Source: Chthonomonadales bacterium
GTDB lineage: Bacteria > Armatimonadota > Chthonomonadetes > Chthonomonadales > Chthonomonadaceae
Direction of reading: 5' to 3'
NCBI GenBank assembly: GCA_038217285.1
Contig: JBBQPO010000081.1
Coordinates: forward strand, 1-21,082
Length of the DNA: 21,082 bases
The position numbers and the translations under genes are program-made. The notes under the pieces are model-generated. The model searched no databases and was not told the DNA's origin. It was given only the letters and a program-made list of their open reading frames with translations. Shown one piece after another: positions 17,332-21,082 of the stretch. The stretch's first letter is position 1. Each line of letters begins with the position of its first letter.

Positions 17332-18080
17332 AACAAACCGCAATTCGGGAGGTGTGGAACGGCCTGCTCGATCTGGTCTATCCGCCGGTCTGCCTGGTCT
17401 GTCGGGAGTGGATCCCCGCAGGAGCCCTGTGCGAGATGTGCCGCAAGGGTGTCTCGCCGATTTTGCCGCCCCTGTGTGATCGGTGCGGGGCGCCTGTTCC
17501 GGTAGAACGGATCGTCTGCATAGAGTGCGAACAGGGCCCCGAGCCGCCTTTCGACTGGTCGCAGGCGATGGGGCAGTACATCGGGCCGCTGCGTATCGCG
17601 ATTCATCACCTCAAGTATCATGGCAAAGCGGCGCTCGCCGCCCCTCTCGGGCAGATGCTGGCGCACTCGCTCGACAGTCCTGTAACGCCGCTGTTCGCAT
17701 CCCGCTCCGATCCCGCGCTCCCTCTCTTCGACGCCGTCGTGCCGATTCCCCTGCATCCGTCCCGCCTGCGACAACGCGGCTTCAATCAGGCGGAACGGCT
17801 CGCCCGCGTCCTGGCCACAGAGCGGGCTTGGCCATTGGACACAAGGGGTCTAAGGCGTGTGCGGCGCACAGCCGTCCAGGCCCTCCTGACCTCGCGGGAA
17901 GAGCGCGCCGCCAATGTGCAGGGCGCCTTCGCCGCCGCCTCTCCGACGCACTTCTGGAACCAGTCCGTCCTGCTAGTCGACGACGTCATCACGACGATGG
18001 CTACCGTGCGGGAAGCCGCAAGCGTCGTCCGCGCCGCTGGCGCTTCCCGCATCTGCATCGTCGCTCTGGCGCGGGGATAG
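17328..18080 (+). CDS. comF: ComF family protein (double zinc ribbon plus phosphoribosyltransferase-like domain)
   Basis: LLDLVYPPVCLVC...LCEMC...CDRCG...CIEC zinc ribbons, HHLKY, VVPIPLHPSRLRQRGFNQA, ERAANVQGAF and VLLVDDVITT. ATG 17328 follows GGGAGAGGG. Confidence 0.94.
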   Translation: MEQTAIREVWNGLLDLVYPPVCLVCREWIPAGALCEMCRKGVSPILPPLCDRCGAPVPVERIVCIECEQGPEPPFDWSQAMGQYIGPLRIAIHHLKYHGKAALAAPLGQMLAHSLDSPVTPLFASRSDPALPLFDAVVPIPLHPSRLRQRGFNQAERLARVLATERAWPLDTRGLRRVRRTAVQALLTSREERAANVQGAFAAASPTHFWNQSVLLVDDVITTMATVREAASVVRAAGASRICIVALARG

Positions 18081-18121
18081 CAGAAGAGAAGGAGGTTTGA
18101 ACCCCTGTACTGTGGAACCGA
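17994..18121 (+). repeat. Direct repeat 2, left copy (last 29 codons of comF including the stop, plus 41 bp downstream)
   Basis: Ungapped 128-bp match to 20507-20634 with 10 mismatches. Confidence 0.96.
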
Positions 18122-18141
18122 AAAATGAACGCCACTATTTC

Positions 18142-18252
18142 ATGATAGTCGCCGTGCGTCTTGCCCACACGAATAACCTCATGACGCTCGGACAACTTGT
18201 CGGCGAGGGGGCGCCCTATCGTTCCACTGGCACCAATAACGATAATCTTCAT
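18142..18252 (-). pseudogene. Truncated short-chain dehydrogenase (N-terminal about 37 aa only)
   Basis: MKIIVIGASGTIGRPLADKLSERHEVIRVGKTHGDY is a Rossmann-fold start with an AGGAG Shine-Dalgarno. Similarity ends about 20 bp before the repeat-2 boundary. Confidence 0.8.
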
Positions 18253-18374
18253 GTCTGTCTCCTGAGAGAAGGCTGAGCAAATGGCTCGGGGCTACAGTTT
18301 GCCTCCGAGCAGTCTCCCTACCAAGCGGTATGCAGTACCCTGATCCACTTGGCAGGGAGTTATGGAACCTATTT

Positions 18375-19070
18375 TTAGTCTACGGCAGACTGGCTGTGCC
18401 GCTTTCCGATAGCCCTGATGACCGCCTGGGCGGTGCTACCGCTTGACTGCGGGTTCTGCCCCGTGATGAGGTTGCCGTCCTCTTCGATATGATCGGCCCA
18501 GTTCGGAGCGACTTTTAGCTCCGCACCCTCAGCGCGGAGCGTGCTCTCCAGAAGGAAAGGCATCGCCTTGTCCAGCTTTACTTCCCGCTCTTCCGCGTCG
18601 GTAAAGGCTGTGATACGCCTGCCTGCCACCAGAGGCTGGCCGTCTTGCCGCTTTGCATGTACGAATCCAGCGGGGCCGTGGCACACAGCGGCGATAATTT
18701 TGCCCTCCTGCTGATAAGCTGTGAGGATCTTCTGGAGGTCTGAATTGTCGGGCAGATCGAACATCGTGCCATGCCCGCCAGGCAGAAAAACAGCGTCGTA
18801 CGGGGTTGCATCTACCTGAGCGAGAGGCAAAGTCTTTTGGAGAACCTGGCTCGCTTCGGCCCAAGCTCTCTCCTGCTCGGGTGTTGGCTTACTGTTGGGA
18901 TCCAGAGGCACCGCTCCTCCTCTGGTGCTCGCCACCGTCACTTCATAGCCCACCTGTCGAAACGCCAGGTAAGGCACGGCGAACTCTTCAAGCCACAAGC
19001 CTGTAAGGTGCTGTGCGTCGATCTTGTCGTGGCTGGTCACGACCATAAGAACCTTCACGGGTTCGGTCAT
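18375..19070 (-). CDS. DJ-1/PfpI family protein (type 1 glutamine amidotransferase-like, Hsp31/glyoxalase III-like)
   Basis: Motifs KVLMVVTSH, TGLWLEEFAVPY, YDAVFLPGGHGTMFDL, nucleophile elbow AVCHGP and LITGQNPQS. Start set at 19070 after AAGGAG. Confidence 0.93.
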   Translation of the reverse strand: MTEPVKVLMVVTSHDKIDAQHLTGLWLEEFAVPYLAFRQVGYEVTVASTRGGAVPLDPNSKPTPEQERAWAEASQVLQKTLPLAQVDATPYDAVFLPGGHGTMFDLPDNSDLQKILTAYQQEGKIIAAVCHGPAGFVHAKRQDGQPLVAGRRITAFTDAEEREVKLDKAMPFLLESTLRAEGAELKVAPNWADHIEEDGNLITGQNPQSSGSTAQAVIRAIGKRHSQSAVD

Positions 19071-19257
19071 CTTACGTTGTCTCCTTCGTTGCTTCGGCGT
19101 CGTTGCGCGCAAACGTCATCAACCCCGTATACGCCGCACACGTCGGATGCGTTTCCCAGAGTGTCGAGAGGTCACGGAGACTGCAGAACGATGTGAGGCG
19201 TGGCACGTATAAAGCGAGGAGAAACGCAGTAATACAGACAGTGGGGAGATCAGACAT

Positions 19258-20007
19258 ATGGCAGGAAAGCTCGACGGGAAAGTCGCTCTTATAACGGGGG
19301 CGTCTTCGGGGATCGGAGCCGCGACCGCCGTGGCGCTCGCGGCGGAAGGGGCAGCGGTCGTGATTACGGCGCGCCGTGAAGATCGGCTGCACGCCCTGGC
19401 ACAACGCATAGAACAGAGCGGGGGCAAAGCGCTGCCGCTGACGGTGGATGTCACCGACGAAGTGCAGGCCCGTCAGATGATCGAACGCACAAAGAGAGAG
19501 TTCGGCAGGGCGGACATTCTGGTCAACAACGCAGGCGTGATGCTGCTTGGCCCCATTGGAGGAGCGGACACGGAAGACTGGCGGCGGATGGTCAACACGA
19601 ACATTTTAGGCCTGATGTACTGCACCCATGCGGCCCTGCCTCTCATGGAGCAACAGGGATCGGGGCATATCGTAAACATCAGTTCTGTGGCGGGCCGGAC
19701 GGCGCGGGCGGGGGCAGCAGTCTACAATGCGACCAAGTGGGCCGTCGGAGGATTTTCGGAGGCGCTGCGGCAGGAGGGCTACAAGCACAATATCCGCGTG
19801 ACCATCATTGAACCTGGCGCGGTTGCCACCGAGCTTCTGGAGCATATCACCGTGCCCAAAGTAAAGGCTGACATGCAGCAGTGGGTCGGCTCTCTCAACG
19901 CACTGACGAGCGAAGATATTGCTGCCGCTATCGTCTACGCAACGACACAGCCGCCGCACGTCAACGTCAACGAGATCCTTATTCGCCCGACCGAGCAGGA
20001 GCGATGA
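19258..20007 (+). CDS. Classical SDR family NAD(P)-dependent oxidoreductase (YdfG-like)
   Basis: TGASSGIG, NNAG, NISS, catalytic YNATK, IEPGAVATEL and C-terminal PHVNVNEILIRPTEQ. Confidence 0.94.
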   Translation: MAGKLDGKVALITGASSGIGAATAVALAAEGAAVVITARREDRLHALAQRIEQSGGKALPLTVDVTDEVQARQMIERTKREFGRADILVNNAGVMLLGPIGGADTEDWRRMVNTNILGLMYCTHAALPLMEQQGSGHIVNISSVAGRTARAGAAVYNATKWAVGGFSEALRQEGYKHNIRVTIIEPGAVATELLEHITVPKVKADMQQWVGSLNALTSEDIAAAIVYATTQPPHVNVNEILIRPTEQER

Positions 20008-20129
20008 GTACTATCAGGGGAACCACGCGGAGCTGTTGACGACGAGGGGGCCATAGGCTTATCGCTGCCCGCCATGCTTCATCATCGTGCTCAGAGCCGA
20101 TCTGAGCAAACATCAGCCCACATCATGGC

Positions 20130-20423
20130 TCATTCCGCGAAACGGTGGGATCGGCAAACGGCTCCTCTTTCCTGTCGGTTGGTGTAGATCGCCGCCAGAT
20201 AAACGCTCGTGCCGTCGCTTCCCTCGATATGGAGATGTACTTGGGCGTGCCGACGTAACCCTGTCCCCTTGCCCCTGACAACGACGCCTTCCAGGTATGC
20301 GGGAGCCTCCACGCGCTTGACCATAAGATTTACAAGTTGACGGAGTTGTTGACGGGTGATTTCTTCTTGACGGGACAGAATCTCCGAGGCCGCTTGTCTT
20401 GCTTGCGGCGAACACTCTCCAAG
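20130..20423 (-). pseudogene. Possible C-terminal remnant of a large serine recombinase
   Basis: A stop-free frame of 97 codons with no proper start contains EEITRQQLRQLVNLMVKRVE, loosely like the R-x-L-x-x-L-I-x-R-I-E-V tail of large serine recombinases. It begins about 80 bp inside the right repeat. Weak similarity only. Confidence 0.3.
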
Positions 20424-20506
20424 TTAGTCCAGAAACAGAACGCCCCCGTGACCGATTCATCTCGGCGTGGGGGCTTTTTCGTGGTAGATGATGCCGAGTG
20501 TTAAAC

Positions 20507-20634
20507 ACGATGGCCACGGTCCGCGAGGCCGCAAGCGTCGTCCGCGCGGCAGGCGCTTCCCGCATCTGCATCGTCGCTCTGGCGCGGGGATAGCAGACGA
20601 GAAGGAGGTTTGAACCCGTGTGCTGTGGAACCGA
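20507..20634 (+). repeat. Direct repeat 2, right copy (orphan comF 3' end)
   Basis: Encodes the identical peptide TMATVREAASVVRAAGASRICIVALARG-stop with 7 synonymous substitutions relative to 17994-18080. Confidence 0.96.
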
Positions 20635-20940
20635 CGCGTGACTACTCCGTATGCGTAAACGCGACGGCTTCTATCGGTCTGAGCCGAACGGTGTGCAATC
20701 CCACACCGAAATCCTTTGCGCGGACGCGAAGGATTTGGAGTGCGCTGAAAGCGCGACCTTTTTTGTCCTGGAGGATAGCGGAATTCTTGTCCCGATGGGC
20801 ACAAAACCCGCAGTGAGGACATTGGTGCCTCCGATGGGAGAGTTTTTTTCTCTCTGCTTTCGGAGGACGAAAACCGCAGTTTGAGCAGTCCTGGCTGGTG
20901 AACGCCGGATTGATTTCGATAAACTCACGCCCGGCACTTT
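20635..20940. other. Dense array of hairpins; candidate structured RNA or leader
   Basis: Back-to-back stems at 20635-20663, 20665-20686, 20689-20708, 20709-20736 and 20742-20754, then T6, with further stems to about 20935. No credible ORF. Confidence 0.4.
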
Positions 20941-20944
20941 CAGC

Positions 20945-21082
20945 GGTAGAACCGCATCAAACGGTGAAAATGTGAAAAGTGGGGCATGTCCTTCGTAAGT
21001 TTGATTACCACATCCAACTTAGGAGGTTTCCATGCACCCACAACCTACATTTTGCCCTAATCTCGACTGTCCGTCAAGAGGC
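20945..21082 (+). mobile_element. Left end of an IS1-family-like insertion sequence
   Basis: Probable inverted repeat starting GGTAGAACCGCATCAAACGG at 20945, followed by a transposase-like ORF start. Confidence 0.6.
21032..21082 (+). CDS. N-terminus of an IS1-like transposase (zinc-ribbon start), truncated by the window edge
   Basis: AGGAGG (21021-21026) then MHPQPTFCPNLDCPSRG, matching the F-C-P-N-x-x-C-P-x-x-G start of IS1-type transposases. Only 17 codons are visible. Confidence 0.68.
   Translation, partial: MHPQPTFCPNLDCPSRG

Larger units (their letters stand above)
18122..20506. mobile_element. Islet 2: repeat-bounded segment inserted at the comF 3' end
   Basis: Flanked by direct repeat 2. 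Carries a truncated SDR, a DJ-1/PfpI gene, an intact SDR and a gene remnant. Confidence 0.72.

Noticed and set aside
18078-18108. Minus-strand AGGGG-TTCAAAC-CTCCT...GCTA resembling a tRNA T-arm and 3' end inside repeat 2
   Set aside because: There is no D-arm or anticodon arm, no CCA, and the stem is broken in the second copy. It is not a tRNA attachment site.
20594-20770. raiA motif RNA or 6S RNA downstream of comF
   Set aside because: The conserved raiA-motif segments I recall are absent, and the fold is a series of small hairpins, not one long rod with a central bubble. Kept only as an unidentified structure.
1-21082. CRISPR array, tRNA or rRNA genes
   Set aside because: I saw no regularly spaced repeat-spacer units, cloverleaf structures or rRNA signatures.

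Overview
GC-rich bacterial chromosomal window. The paralogous LLRP-tail membrane proteins suggest Armatimonadota, but that is an inference. The left part is mostly core genome: the end of an IS66-type transposase, an old-yellow-enzyme reductase, an MDR oxidoreductase, the ffs(SRP RNA)-dnaX-ybaB/ebfC-recR cluster, a GH36 alpha-galactosidase, pdxS, a small HTH protein and an M32 carboxypeptidase. The right part is an accessory hotspot centred on comF. An apparently ancestral NiCoT/UreH-like transporter-comF arrangement is split by two islets, each bounded by long diverged direct repeats that duplicate a gene 3' end (14314-14500 / 17184-17331 and 17994-18121 / 20507-20634). In the comF duplication all seven coding differences are synonymous. 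Islet 1 carries a 625-aa protein with a DUF2325-like C-terminus and a 270-bp foldback MITE/REPIN-like element with a 6-bp target duplication. Islet 2 carries a DJ-1/PfpI protein, one intact and one truncated SDR, and a possible recombinase remnant. A dense hairpin array and the start of an IS1-like element end the window. All calls come from reading the sequence; no database searches were run.
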